From the human T2T-CHM13v2.0 reference genome, Homo sapiens, in assembly GCF_009914755.1 (NCBI RefSeq), contig NC_060939.1: 64,000 nucleotides of DNA. One strand, written 5' to 3'. This document shows positions 1-13,680 of the stretch, piece after piece. The position numbers and the translations under genes are program-made. The first letter of the stretch is position 1. Every line of letters begins with the position of its first letter. Under the pieces are notes generated by a model that did not search any database, was not told the DNA's origin, and was given only the letters and a program-made list of their open reading frames with translations.

Positions 1-3000
1 CAAAGAAGTGTCTTAGAATGCTTCTGTGTAGTTTTTATGTGAAGATATTTCCGTTTCCACCGTAGGCTGCAAAGGGCTCCAAATATCCACTTGCAGATTC
101 TACAAAAAGAGAGTTTCAAAACTGCTCAATCAAATGAAGCTTCTTCTCTGTGAAATGAAGGCACACATCACAAAGAAGTTTCTCAGAATGCTTCTGGGTA
201 GTTTTTATGTGAAGATATTTCCTTTTCCACAATAGGCCACTAAGTGCTCCAAATATTGACTTAAAGTTTCCACAAAAAGAAAGTTTCAAAACTGCTCTAT
301 CAAAAGATAGGTTCAACTCTGTGAGTTGAATGCAAACATCACAAAGAAGTTTCTCAGAATGCTTCTGTATAGTTTTTATGTTAAGATATTTCCTTTTCCA
401 CCATAGGCCACAAAGGAATCCAAATATCCACTTGCAAATTGTACAAAAAGAGAGTTTCAAAACTGCTCAATCAAAAGATAGGTTCAATTCTGAATGTTGA
501 ATGCACACATCACAAAGAACTTTCTTATAATGCTGCTGTGTAGTTTTTATGTGTAGATATTACCTTTTCCACCATAATCCTCAAAGCGCTCCAAATATCC
601 ACTTGCAGATTCTACAGAAAGAGTGTTTCAAAACTGCTTAATTCAAGGAAAGTTTCAACTCTGTTAGGTGAATGCACACATCACTATGAAGTTTCTCAGA
701 ATGTTTTTGCGTAGTTTTTATGTGAAGATATTTCCTTTTCCACAATAGGCCCCCAAGGGCTGCAAATATCCACTTGCAGATACTACTAAAAGAGTGTTTC
801 AAAACTGATCAATCAAATGAAAGTTTCAACTCTGTAGATAAAGGCACACATCACAAAGAAGTTTCTGAGAATGCTTCTATGTAGTTTTTATGGGAAGATA
901 TTTTCTTTTCCACAATAGGCTTCAAAGTGCTGCAAATATCCACTTACAGATTTTACAGAAAGAGTGTTTAAAACTGCTCAATCACAGGAAATGTTCAACT
1001 CTGCGAAATGAATGTACACATTACAAAAAAGTTTGTCAGAATGCTTCTGTGTAGTTTTTATGTGAAGGTACTTTCTTTTCCACAACAGGCCTCATGCACT
1101 CCATATATCCACTTGTAGATTCTACAAAAAGAGTGTGTACAAACTGCTTAAAACACGGAAGGGTTCAACTTTGTGAGATGAATGCACACATCACAAACAA
1201 GTTTCTCAGAATGATACTGTGCAGTTTTTATGTGAATTTAATTCCTTTTCCACCATAGGCCACTAAGGGCTCCAAATATCCACTTGCAGATTCTACAAAA
1301 AGAGAGTTTCAAAAGTGCCCTATCAAAAGATAGATTAATCTCTGTGAGATGAAAACACACATCGTAAAGAAGTTTCTCATAATGCTTCTGTGTAGTTTTT
1401 ATGTGAAGGTAGTTCCTTTTCCACCATAGGCCTCAATGCGCTCCCAATATCCACCTGCAGATTCTGCAAAAAGAGTGTTTAAAAACCGCTCTATCAAATG
1501 AAAGATTTAACTATGTGAGATGAGTGCACACATCACAAAGTAGTTTCTCAGAATGCTTCGGTGTAGTTTTTATGTGAGGATATATCCTTTTCCACCATAG
1601 GCTGCAAAGGGCTCCAAATATCCATTTGCAGATTCTACAAAAAGACATTTTCAATACTGCTATATAAAAAGATAGGATAAACACTGTGAGACGTATGCAC
1701 ACATCACAAAGAAGTTTCTCAGAATGCTTCTGTGTAGTTTTTATGAGAAGATATTTAATTTTCCACCATAGGCCGCAAAGGGTTCCAAATATCCACTTGC
1801 AGATTCTACAAAAAGAGAGTTTAAAAACTGCTCTATCAAAAGATAGGTTCTGCTCTATGAGTTGAATGCACACATCACAAAGTAGTTTCTCAAAATGCTT
1901 CTGTGTAGTTTTAATGGAAAGATATTTCCTTTTCCACTATAGGATTCAAAACGCTCCAAATGTCCACTTCCAGATTCTACAAAAAGAGATGTTAAAAATT
2001 GCTCTATCAGAAGATAGGTTCAACTCTCTGTGTTCAATGCACACATCACAAAGAAGTTTCTCAGAATGCTTCTTTGTAGTTTTTATGCGAAGATATTTCC
2101 TTTTCCACCATAGGCCTCAAACCGCTCAAAGTATCCACTTGCAGATTCTATGAAAGAGTATTTCAAAACTGCTCAATCAAAAGAAAGGTTCAGCTCTGTG
2201 AGATGAATGAACACATCACAAGGAAGTGTCTCAGAATGCTTCTGTGTAGTTTTTTTGGGAAGATATTTCCTTTTCCACCATAGGCCTCAAAGTGATGCAA
2301 ATAGCCACTTGCAGATTCTACAAAAAGAGTGTTTCAAAACTGCTCAATCAAAAGACAGATTCAAGTCTGTGAGATGAATTCACACAACACACAGGAGTTT
2401 CTCAAAATGCTTCTGTGTAGTTTTTATGTGAAGATATTTCCTTTTCCACAATAGGCCTACAAGGGCTCAAAATATCCACTTGCCACTTGCTGATACTAGT
2501 AAAAGAGTGTTTCCCAACTTCACAATCAAAAGACATGTTCAACACTGTGATATGAATGCACGCATCACAAAGAAGTTTCTGAGAATGGTTCTGTGTAGCT
2601 TTTATGTGAGTATATTTCCTTTTCCACAATGGGCCTCAAAGTGCTCCAAATATCCACTTGCAGATTATACAAAAAGAGTGTTTCAAAACGGCAGGTTCAA
2701 ATCTGTGAGATGAATGCCCACATCAGAAAGAATTTTCTCAGAATGCTTCTATGTAGTTTGTATGTGAAGATATTTCCTTTCCAATAATAGGCCTCCAAGG
2801 GCTCCAATTATCCACTGGTAGATTCTACAAAAAGAGACTTTCAAAACTGCTCTGTCAAAAGATTGGTTCAACTCTGTGAGATGAATGCAGATATCACAAA
2901 GAAGTTTCTCAGAATGCTTCTGTGTAGTTTTTATATGAAGATATTTCCTTTTCCAACATAGGCTGCAAAGGGCTCCAAATATCCACTTGCAGATTGTAAA

Positions 3001-6000
3001 AAAAAGAGAGTTTCAAAATTGCTCTATCAAAAGATAGGTTCAACTCTTTGAGATGAATGCACACATCACAAAGAAGTTTCTCAGAATGCTTCTGTGTAGT
3101 TTTTATGTGAAGATATTACCACTTGCACCATAGGCCTCAAAGCACTACAAATATCCTCATACAGATTCTATATAGTGTTTCAAACCTGCTTAATCAAAAG
3201 AAAGTTTCAACTCTGTGAGGTGAATGCTCACATCACAAACAAGTTTCTCAGAATGCTTCTGTGTAGTTTTTATGTGAAGATATGTGCTTTTCCACAATAG
3301 GCCTCCAAGAGCTCCAAATATTCACTTGCAGATTCTACTAAAAGAGTGTTTCCAAACTGCACAATCAAAAGAAAGGTTCAACTCCTTGAGATGAATGCAC
3401 ACATCACAAAGAAATTTCTGATAATGCTTCTGTGTAGTTTTTATGGGAAGATATTTTCTTTTCCTCAATAGGGCTCAAAGAGCTCCAAATATCCACTTTC
3501 AGTTTCTACAAAGAGTTTTTCAAAACTGCTCAATCCAATGAAATGTTCAATTCTATGAGACGAATGCCCACACAACAAAGTAGTTTCTCAGAATGCTTCT
3601 GTTTAGCTTTTTGGGAAGATATTTCCTTTTCCACCATCTGCCACAAAGGGCTCCAAATAATCACTTGTAGATTCTATAAAAAGAGAGTTTCAAAACTGGT
3701 CTATGAAAAGATAGTTTCAACTCTGCGAGTTGAATGCACTCATCACAAAGAAATTTCTCAGAATGCTTATGTGTAGATTTATGGGAAGATGATTCCTTTT
3801 CCACTGTAGGCCTCAAAGCGCTCCAAATGTCCACTTGCAGATGCTACAAATAGAGATTTTCAAAACTGCTCAATGAAAAGAAAGGTTCAATTATGTGAGA
3901 TGAATGCACACAAAACAAAGCAGTTTCTGAGAATGCTTCTGTGTAGTTTCTGTGTGAAGACATTTCCTTTTCTACAACAGGCCTCAAAGTGCTACAAATA
4001 TCCAATTGCAGATTTTACAAAAAGAGTGTTTTAAAAGTGCTAAATGAAATGAAAGATTCAACTCTGTGAGATGAATGCACACATCACAAAGTAGTTTCTG
4101 AGTATTCTTCTGTGTAGTTTTTAATGTGAAGATATTTCCTTTTCCACAATATGCCTCCAAGGACTCCAAATATCCACTTGCAGATTCTACTAAAAGAGTG
4201 TTTCCAAACTGCTCAATCAAAAGAACGTTTCAACCCTGTCAGATCAATGCACAAATCACAAAATACTTTCTGAGACTCCTGTGTAGTTTTTATGTGAAGA
4301 TATTTCCTTTTCCACTATAGGCCTCAAAGCGCTAGAAATATCCAATTGCAGATTCTTCAAAAAAAAGTTTTTCAAATCTGCTAAATCAAATGAAATTTAC
4401 AACTCTGTGAGATGAATGCACACATGAAGAAGAAGTTTCTCAGAATGCTTCTGTGTAGTTTTTAGGGGAAGGTATTTGCTTTTCCACCATAGGCCACAAA
4501 GGGCTCCAAATAACCACATGCAGATTCAACAAGAAGAGAGTTTCCAAACTGCACTATCAAAAGATAGGTTCAACTCTGTGAGTTGAATGCACACATCACA
4601 GAGAAGTTTCTCAGAATTCTTCTGTGTAGTTTTTATGTGAAGATATTTCTTTTTCCACCAGAGGACTCAATCGCTCTAAATATCCAATTCCAGATTCTAC
4701 AAAAAGAGTGTTTCAAAACTGCTCAAACAAAAGAAATTTTCAATTCCGTGAGATGAATGCACACATCACAAAAATGTTCCTCAGAATACTTCTGTGTAGT
4801 TTTTATGAGAAGATATTTTGTTTTCAGCTATGGGCCTAGAAACGCTCCAAATATCCATTTGCAGATAATACATAAATAGAGTTTCAAGACTCCTCTATGA
4901 AAAGATAGGTTCAAATTTGTGAGATTAATGCACACATCACAAAGAAGTTTCTCAGAATGCTTCAGTGTAGTTTTTATGTGAAGATATTTCTTTACCACCA
5001 TGGAACTCAAAGCGCTCGAATTATCCACTTGCAGATACTCCAAAAAGAGTGTTTCAAAACTGCTCAATCAAATGAAAGGTTCACATTTGTGAGACGAATG
5101 AATACATCACAAAGCAGTTTCTCGGAATGCTTCTGTGTAACTTTTATATGAAGATATTTGATTTTCCACATTAGGCCTCAAAGCGCTCCAAAGATCCACT
5201 TTCAGATGCCACAAAAAGAGTTTTTCCAAACTGCTCAGTCAAAAGAAAAGTTCAACTCTGTGAGACGAATGCACACATCACAAAGAAGTTCCTCAGAATG
5301 GTTCTGTATAGTTTTCTTTGAAGATATTTCCCTTTCCACAATAGGCCTCAAAGTGCTCCATATATCCACCCGCAGATTCTACGAAAACTGTTTTTCCAAA
5401 TGGCTCAATCAAGAAAGAGGTTCACCTCTATGAAATGAATGCACACATCCCAAAGAAGTTTCTCAGAATGCTTCTGTGCAGTTTTTATGTGAAGATATTT
5501 CCTTTTCCACCACAGGTCGCAAAAGGTTCCAAATATCCACTTGCCGATTCTACAAAAAGAGAGTTTCAAAACTTCTCTATGAAAAGATAGGTTAATCTCT
5601 GTGATTTGAATGCACACATCACAAAGCAGTTTCTCAGTATGCTTCTGTGTAGTTTTTATATGAAGATATTTCCTTTTCCACAATAGGCCTCCAAGGGCTC
5701 CAAATATCCACTAGCAGATTCTACTAAAAGACTGTTTCCAAACTGCTCAACTAAAAGAAAGGTTCAACTCTGTGAGATGAACGCACACATCACAAAGAAG
5801 TTTCCCAGCATGCTTCTGTGTAGTTTTTATGGGAAGATATTTCCATTTCCACCATTGGCCACAAAGGGCTCCAAATAACCACTTGCAGATTCTGCAAAAA
5901 GAAAGTTTCAAAACTGCTCAATCAAAAGAGAAGTTCAACTCTGTGAGATGAATGCACACAAAACAAAGAAGTTTCTGAGAATGCTTCTGTGTAGTTTTTG

Positions 6001-7044
6001 GGTGAAGATATTTCCTTTTCTACAATAAGCCTCAAAGCAATCCAAATATCCACTGCCAGATTCTACAAAAAGAGTTTCAAAACTGCTCAATCAAAGAATG
6101 CTTCGACTCTGGGAGATGAATGCACATATCATTAAGAAGTTGCTCAGAATGCTTCTGTGTAGATTTTATGCGTAGATATTTCCTTTTCCACCATCGGCCA
6201 AAAAGAGGTCCAAATAACCACTTGCAGATTCTACATAAAGAGAGCTAGAAAACTGCTCTATCAACAGCTAGGTACAACTCTGCGAGTTCAATGCATACAT
6301 CACAAATAGGTTTCTCAGAATGCTTCTTTGTTGTTTTTATGTGAAGATACTTCCTTCTCCACCATAGCCTTCATGGCCCTCGAAATGTCCAATTGCAGAA
6401 TCTACAAAAAGCGTATTTCAAAACAGGTCATTCAAAAGAAAGTTTCAACTCTGGGAGATGAATGCACACATCACAAAGAAGTTTCTCAGAATACTTCTGT
6501 GTAGTTTTTATGTGAAGATATTTCCTTTTCCACAATAATCCTCAAAGCGCACCAAATATCCACTTGCAGATTCTACAAAAAGAGTATTTCAAAACTGCTC
6601 AACTAAATGAAAATTTCAACTCTGTGAGATGAATGCACATATCCCAAAGAAGTTTCTCAGAATGCTTCTCTGTTGTCTTTATGTGAAGATATTTCCTTTT
6701 ATACCATAGGCCTCAAAGTGCTCCAAACATCCACTTGCAGATTCTACAAAAAGAATGTTTCAAAACTGATCAATCAAAAGAAAGGTTCAACTCTGTTAGA
6801 TGAATGCACACAAAACAAAGAAGTTTCTGGGAATGCTTCTGTGTAGTTTTTACTTAAGGACATAGCCTTTTCCACAATAAGCCTCAAAGCTATCAAAATA
6901 TCCACTTGCAGATTCTACAAATAAGTGTTTCAAAACTGCTCAATCAAATGAAAGATTCATCTCTGTGAGATGAATTCACACATCACAAAGAAGTTTCTCA
7001 GAATCCTTCTCTGTAGATTTCATGTTAAGAAAACTTTTCTTTTC

Positions 7045-7047
<3 letters not shown>

Positions 7048-7106
<59 letters not shown>
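7048..7106. repeat. (TA)~29 microsatellite inside an alphoid monomer
   Basis: Uninterrupted TATA... run of 59 bp. Confidence 0.98.
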
Positions 7107-7110
<4 letters not shown>

Positions 7111-10100
7111 ACATCCTTTTCCACTATAGGCCACAAAGGGCTCCAAATATCAACTTGCAGATACTACAAAAAGAGTGTTTAAAAACTACTCTACCAAAAG
7201 ACAGGTTCAACTCTGTGAGATGAATGCACACATCACAAAGAAGTTTCTCAGAATGCTTCTGTGTAGTTTTTATGTGAAGATATTTCCTTTTCCACAATAA
7301 GCCTCAAAGCGCTCCAAATATCCACTTGCAGATTCTACAAAAAGAGTATTTCAAAACTGCTCAACCAAATGAAAAGTTCAACTCTGTGAGATGAATGCAC
7401 ATGTCCCAAAGAAGTTTCTCAGAATGCTTCTGTGTAGTTTTTATGTGAAGATATTACCTTTTCCACCATTGGCCAAAAACGGCTCGAAATAACCACTTGC
7501 AGAATCTACAAGAAGAGAGTTTCAAAACTGCTCTATCAAAAGATAGGTTCATCTCTGTGAGTTGAATGCATACATCACAAAGTGATTTCTCAGAATGCTT
7601 CTGTGTGGTTTTTAATTGAAGATATTTCCTTTTCCACCATAGGCCTCAAAACGCTCCAAATATCCACTTGCAGATTCTATGAAAAGAGTGTTTCAAAACT
7701 ACTCAATCAAAAGAAAGTTTCAACCCTGTGAGATGAAGGCACACATCACAAAGAAGTTTCTGAGAATGCTTCTGTGTAGTTTTTTGGGAAGATATTTCCT
7801 TTTCCACCGTAGGTCTCAATGCGATGCAAATATCCACTTGCAGATTCTACAAAAAGAGTGTTTCAAAACTACTCTATAAAAAGAAAGTTTCAACTCCGTG
7901 AGATGAATGTACACATCACAAAAAAGTTTCTCAGAATGCTTCTGTGTAGTTTTTATGAGAAGATATTTCCTTTTCAGCTATGGGCCTGAAAGTGCTCCAA
8001 ATATCCATTTGCAGATAATGTGTAAAGAGAGTTTCAAGACTGCTCTATGAAAAGAGAGGTTCAACTCTGTGAGTTGAATGCACACTTCACAAAAATTTTC
8101 TCAGAATGCTTCAGTGTAGTTTTTATGTGAAGATATTTCCTTTTCCAACATAGGACTCAAAGCACTCCAAATATCCACTTGCAGATTATACAAAAAGAGT
8201 GTTTCAATGCCGCTCTATCAATTGAAAGTTTCAAATATGTGAGACGAATGCACATATCCCAAAGAAGTTTCTCAGAATGCTTCTGTGTAGCTTTTATGTG
8301 AAGATATTTCCTTTTCAACAATAGGCCTCAAAGCACTCCATATATCCACTTGCAGATTCTTCAAAAAGAGTGCTTTTAAACTACTCAATCAAAAGAGAGG
8401 TTCAACTTCGTGAGTTGAATGCACACATCAAAAAGAAGTTTCTCAGAATGCTTCTGTGTAGTTCTTGTGTGAAGATATTTCCTTTTCCACCATAAGCCAC
8501 AAAGGGCTCCATATATCCAATTGCAGATTCTACAAAAAGAGAGTTTCAAAACTGCTCTGTCAGAAGATAGGTTCAACTCTGTGAGTTGAATGCACACATC
8601 ACAAAGAAGTTTCTCAGAATGCTTCTGTGTAGTTTTTATGTAAGATGTTTCATTTTCCACCATAGGCCTCAATGCGCTCCAAATTTCCAGTTGCAGATTC
8701 TTCAAAAAGAGTGTTTCATAACTCCTCAATCAAAGAAAGTTTCAACTCTGTAAGATGAATGACCACATCACAAAGAAGTTTCTCACAATGCTTCTGTGCA
8801 GTTCTAATATGAAGATATTTCCCTTCCCAACATAGGCCACAAATGTCTCCAAATATCCCCTTGCAGATTCTACAAAAAGAGAGTTTCAAAACTGCTCTAT
8901 GAAAATGTATGTTCAACTCTGTGAGATGAATGCACACCTCAGAAACAAGTTTCTCAGAATGCTTCTCTGTAGTTTTTACGTGAAGATATCTCCTTTTCCA
9001 CCATAGGCCTCAACGTGCACAAATATCCACTGGCAGATTCTACAAAAAGAGTGTTTCAAAACTGCTCAGTCTAAAGAAAGGATCAACCCTGTGACACAAA
9101 TGCACACAAAACAAAGAAGTGTCGTCCCAGAATCCTTCTGTGTAGTTTGTATGTGAAGATGTTACCTTTTCCACATTAGGCGACAAAGCACTCCAAATTT
9201 CCAATTGCAGATTCTACAAAAAGAGTGTTTCAAAACTACTCAATCAAATGAAAGTTTCAACTCTGTGAGCTGAATGTACACATCACAAGGAAGTTTCAAA
9301 GCGCTCCATATATCCACTTGCAGATTCTGTGAAAAAAGTGTCTCAAATCTGTTCATACAATATAAAATTTTACACTGTGAGATGAATGCACACATTACAA
9401 AGAAGTTTCCTAGAATAGTTCTGTGTAGTTTTTAGGGGAACATATTTCCTTTTCCTCCATTGGCCACAATGGGCTCCAAACAACCACATGCAGATTTTAC
9501 AAAAAGAAAGTTCCAAAACTGCTCAATCAAAAGAAAGATTCAACTCTGTGAGATGAATACACACATCACAACGAAGTTTCTCAGAATGCTTCTGTGTTGT
9601 TTTTATGTGAAGATATTTCCTTTTCCACCATAGGCCTCTAAGTGCATCAACTATCCACTTGCAGATTCTACAAAAAGAGTGTTTCAAAACTGCTCAATCA
9701 AAAGAAAGTATCAACTCTGTGAGGAAATGCACACATCACAAAGAAGTTTCTCAGAATGATTCTGTGTAGTTTTTAAGTGAAGTTATTTACTTTTATGCAA
9801 TACGGCTCCAAGGGCTCCAAATATTCACTTGCATTTCTACTAAAAGAATTTTTCCAAACTGCTCAATCAAAAGAATGGTTCAACTGTGTGAGATGAGTGC
9901 ACACATCACAAAGAAGTTTCTAAGCATGCTTCTGTGTAGTTTTAGGGAAAGATATTTCCTTTTCCACCATTGGCCAAAAAGGGCTCCAAATATCCACTTG
10001 CACATTTTACATAAAGATAGTTTCAAAACTGTTCTATCAAAAGACATATTCAACTCTGTGAGTTGAATGCACACAAGAAGTTTCTCAGAATGCTTCTCTG

Positions 10101-10369
10101 TAGTTTTTATGTTAAGATATTTCCTTTTCCACAATAGACTTCAAAGTGCTCCAAATATCCACTTGCAGATTCCAAGAAAAGGGTGTTTCCAAACTGCTCA
10201 ATCAGAAGAAAGGTTCAACTCTGTGAGATGAATGCACAAATCACAATGAAGTTACTCAAAATGCATCTGTGTAGTTTTTGTGTGAAGATATATCATTTTC
10301 CAACATAGGACACAAAGGGCTCCAAATATCCACTTGCAGATTCTACAAAAAGAGAGTTTCAAAACTGCT

Positions 10370-10384
10370 AAAAAAAAAAAAAAA
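10370..10384 (+). repeat. A15 homopolymer expansion within an alphoid monomer
   Basis: ACTGCT-A15-GATAGG replaces the usual ACTGCTCTATCAAAAGATAGG. Confidence 0.9.
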
Positions 10385-13300
10385 GATAGGTTCAACTCTG
10401 TCAGATGAATGCACACAAAACAAAGAAGTGTCTCAGAATGTTTCTGTGTAGTTTGTATGTGAAGATATTACCTTTTCCACATTAGGTGACAAAGCGCTCC
10501 AAATTTCCAATTGCAGATTCTACAAGAAGAGTGTTTCAAAACTACTCAGTCAAATGAAAGTTCAACTCTGTGAGCTGAATATACACATCACAAAGAAGTT
10601 TCTCAGAATGTTTCTGTGTAGTTTTTAGAGCAAGATATTTCCTTTTCCACCATTGGCCACAAAGGGCTCCAAATAATCACACACAGATTCTACAAAAAGA
10701 CTGTTTCAAAACTGCTATATCAAAAGATAGGTTCAACTCTGCAAGTTGAATGCGCACATCACAAAGAAGTTTCTCAGAATCCTTCTGTGTAGTTTTTATG
10801 TGAAGATATATTCCTTTCCACCATAGGCCTCAGAGCACTCCATATATCCACTTGCAGATTCTGTGAAAAGAGTGTCTCAAAACTGCTCAAACAATAGAAA
10901 CTTTAACACTGTGAGATGAATGCACACATTACAAAGAAGTTTCTCAGAATTCTTCCGTGTAGTTTTTAGGGGAACATATTTCCTTTTCCTCCATTGGCCA
11001 CAAAGGGCTCCAAATAACCACCTGCAGATTTTACAAAAAGAAAGTTTCAAAACTACTCTATCAAAATAAAGGTTCCACTCTGTGAGATGAATACACACAT
11101 CACAGCGAAGTTTCTCAGAATGCTTCCATGTTGTTTTTATGTGAAGGTATTTCCTTTTCCACCATAGGCCTCTAAGCGCACCAAATATCCACTTGCAGAT
11201 TCTTCAAAAAGAGTGTTTCAAAACTGCTCAATCAAAAGAAAGGTTCAACTCTGTGAGATGAATACACACATCACAGAGAAGTCTCTGAGAATGTGTCTGT
11301 TAATTTTTATGTGAATATATTTCCTTTTCTATAAAAGGCCCAAAAGCCCTGCAAATATCCACTTGCAGATTCTACAAAAAGAGTGTTTCAAAACTCCTCA
11401 ATCAAATGAAAGGTTCAAATATGTGAGATACATGCACACATGACAAAGAAGTTTCTCAGAATGCTTCTGTGTACTTTTTATGAGAAGATATTTCCTTTTC
11501 CACCATAGGCCTCAAAGGGCTCCAAATATCCACTTGAAGATTCCAAAAAAAAAGAGAGTTTCAAAACTCCTCTAACAAAAGATAGGTTCAACTCTATGAA
11601 TTGAATGCACACATCAAAAAGAAGTTTATCAGAGTAATTCTGTGTAGTTTTTATGTGAAGATATTTCCTTTTCCACCATTGGCCAAAATGCCCTCCAAAT
11701 ATCCACATGCAGATTCTACAAAAAGAGTGTTTCCAAACTGCTCAATCAAAAGAAAGGTTCAACTTTGTGAGATGAAAACACACATCACAAAGAAGTTTCT
11801 CAGAATGCTTCCATGCAGTTTTTATGTTAAGATATTTCTTTTTCCACCATGGGTCACAAGGGCTCCAAATATCCCCTTGCAGATTCTACAAAAAGAGAGT
11901 TTCAAAACTGCTCTATCAAAAGATAAGTTCAACTCTGTGAGATGAATGCACACATCACAAAGAAGTTTCTCAGAATGCTTCTGTGTATTTTTTTTGTGAA
12001 GATATTACCTTTTCCACCATATGACTCCAAGTTCTCCAAATATGCACTTGCAGATTCTACAAAAAGAGAGATTCAAAATTACTCAATCAAAAGAAAGTTT
12101 CAACTCTGTTGGATGAATGCACACATCACAAAGAAGTTTCTCAGAATGCTTCTGCGTAGTTTTTATGTGAAGATATTTCCTTTTCCACATTAGGCCTCCA
12201 AGGGCTCCAAATATCCACTTGCAGATTCTACGAAAAGATTGTTTCCAAACTGCCCAATCAAAAGAAATTTTCAACACTGTGAGATGAATGCACACATCTC
12301 AAATAAGTTTCTGATAATGCTTCTGTGTAGTTTTTATGTGAAGATGTTTCCTTTTCCACTATAGGCCTCACAGCACTCCAATTATACCCTTGCAGATTCC
12401 ACAAAAAGAGTGTTTGAAAACTGCTCAATCAAATGAAAGTTTCACCTCTGTGAGAAGAATGCACACATCCCAAAGAAGTTTCTCAGAATGCTTCTGTGTA
12501 GTTTTTATATACATATATTTCCTTTTCCACAATAGGCCGCAAAGGGCTCCAAATATCCACTTGCAGATTCCACAAAAAGAGAGTTTCAAAACTGCTCTAT
12601 CAAAAGATAGGTTCAACTCTGTGAGATGAATGCACACATCCCAAACAAATTTCTCAGAATGCTTCTGTGTAATTTTTATGTGGAGATATTTCAATTTCCA
12701 TCATAGGCCTCAAATCTCTCCATTTATCCACTTGCAGATCCTACAAAAAGATTTTTCAGAACTGCTCTATCAAAAGAAAAGTTCAACTCTGAGAGATGAA
12801 TGCAAAGAGGTTTTTGAGAGTGTTTCTGTGTAGTTTTTCTGTGAAGTTATTTCCTTTTCCACAATAGGCCACAAAGAGCTCCAAATATCCCCTTGCAGAT
12901 TCTACAAAAAGAGAGTTTCAAAACTGCTCTATCAAAAGATAGGTTCAACTATGTGGTTTGAATGCACACATCAAAAAGCAGTTTCTCAGAATGCTTCTGT
13001 GTAGTTTTTATGAGAAGATATTTCCTTTTCCCCAATAGGCCTCCAAGGGCTCCAAATATCCACTTGCAGATTCTATTAAAAGAGTGTTTCCAAACTGCTC
13101 AATCTAAAGAAAATTTCAATACTGTGAGATGAATGCTCACATCAAAAAGAAGTTTCTGAGAATGCTTCTGTGTAGTTTTTTGTGAAGACATTTCCTTTTC
13201 AACAATAGTCCTCAAAGCATTCCAATTATACACTTGCAGATTCCACAAAAAGAGTGTTTGAAAACTGCTCAATCAAATGAAATATTCACCTCTGTGAGAT

Positions 13301-13680
13301 GAATGCACACATCACAGAATTTTCTCAGAATACTTCTGTGTAGTTTTTATGTGAAGATGTTTCCTTTTCCAACATTGGCTGCAAAGGGCTCCAATTATCC
13401 AGTTGCAGATACCACAAAAAGAGAGTTTCAAAACTGCTCTATCAAAAGATAGGTTCAACTATGTGAGATGAATGCACAAATCCCAAACAAGTTTCTCAGA
13501 ATTCTTCTGTGTAGTTATTATGTGAAGATATTTCCATTTCAACCATTGATTTCTAAGCTCTCCAAATATCCTCTTACATATTCTATAAAAAGAGTGTTTC
13601 AAAACTGTCCAATCAAAAGAAATGTTCAACACTGAGAGATGAATGCACACATCTCAAAGAAGTTTCTCAGAATGCTTCTA

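Larger units (their letters stand above)
1..13680 (-). repeat. Alpha satellite layer 1 (TGTGTAG / AAATATCC type)
   Basis: Nearly all monomers carry CTTCTGTGTAGTTTTT and CCAAATATCCAC. Recurrent sub-variants are GCCACAAAGGGCTCC..GAGAGTTTC..CTCTATCAAAAGATAGG, GCCTCAAAGCGCTCC..GAGTGTTTCAAAA and GCCTCCAAGGGCTCC..CTACTAAAAG. Confidence 0.85.

Noticed and set aside
2476-2700. 7-bp duplication CCACTTG x2 (2476-2489) and ~13-bp deletion near 2690
   Set aside because: Ordinary small indels in old alphoid DNA.
10370-10384. A15 as a retrotransposon tail
   Set aside because: The alphoid sequence continues in register on both sides, with no TSD or element body.
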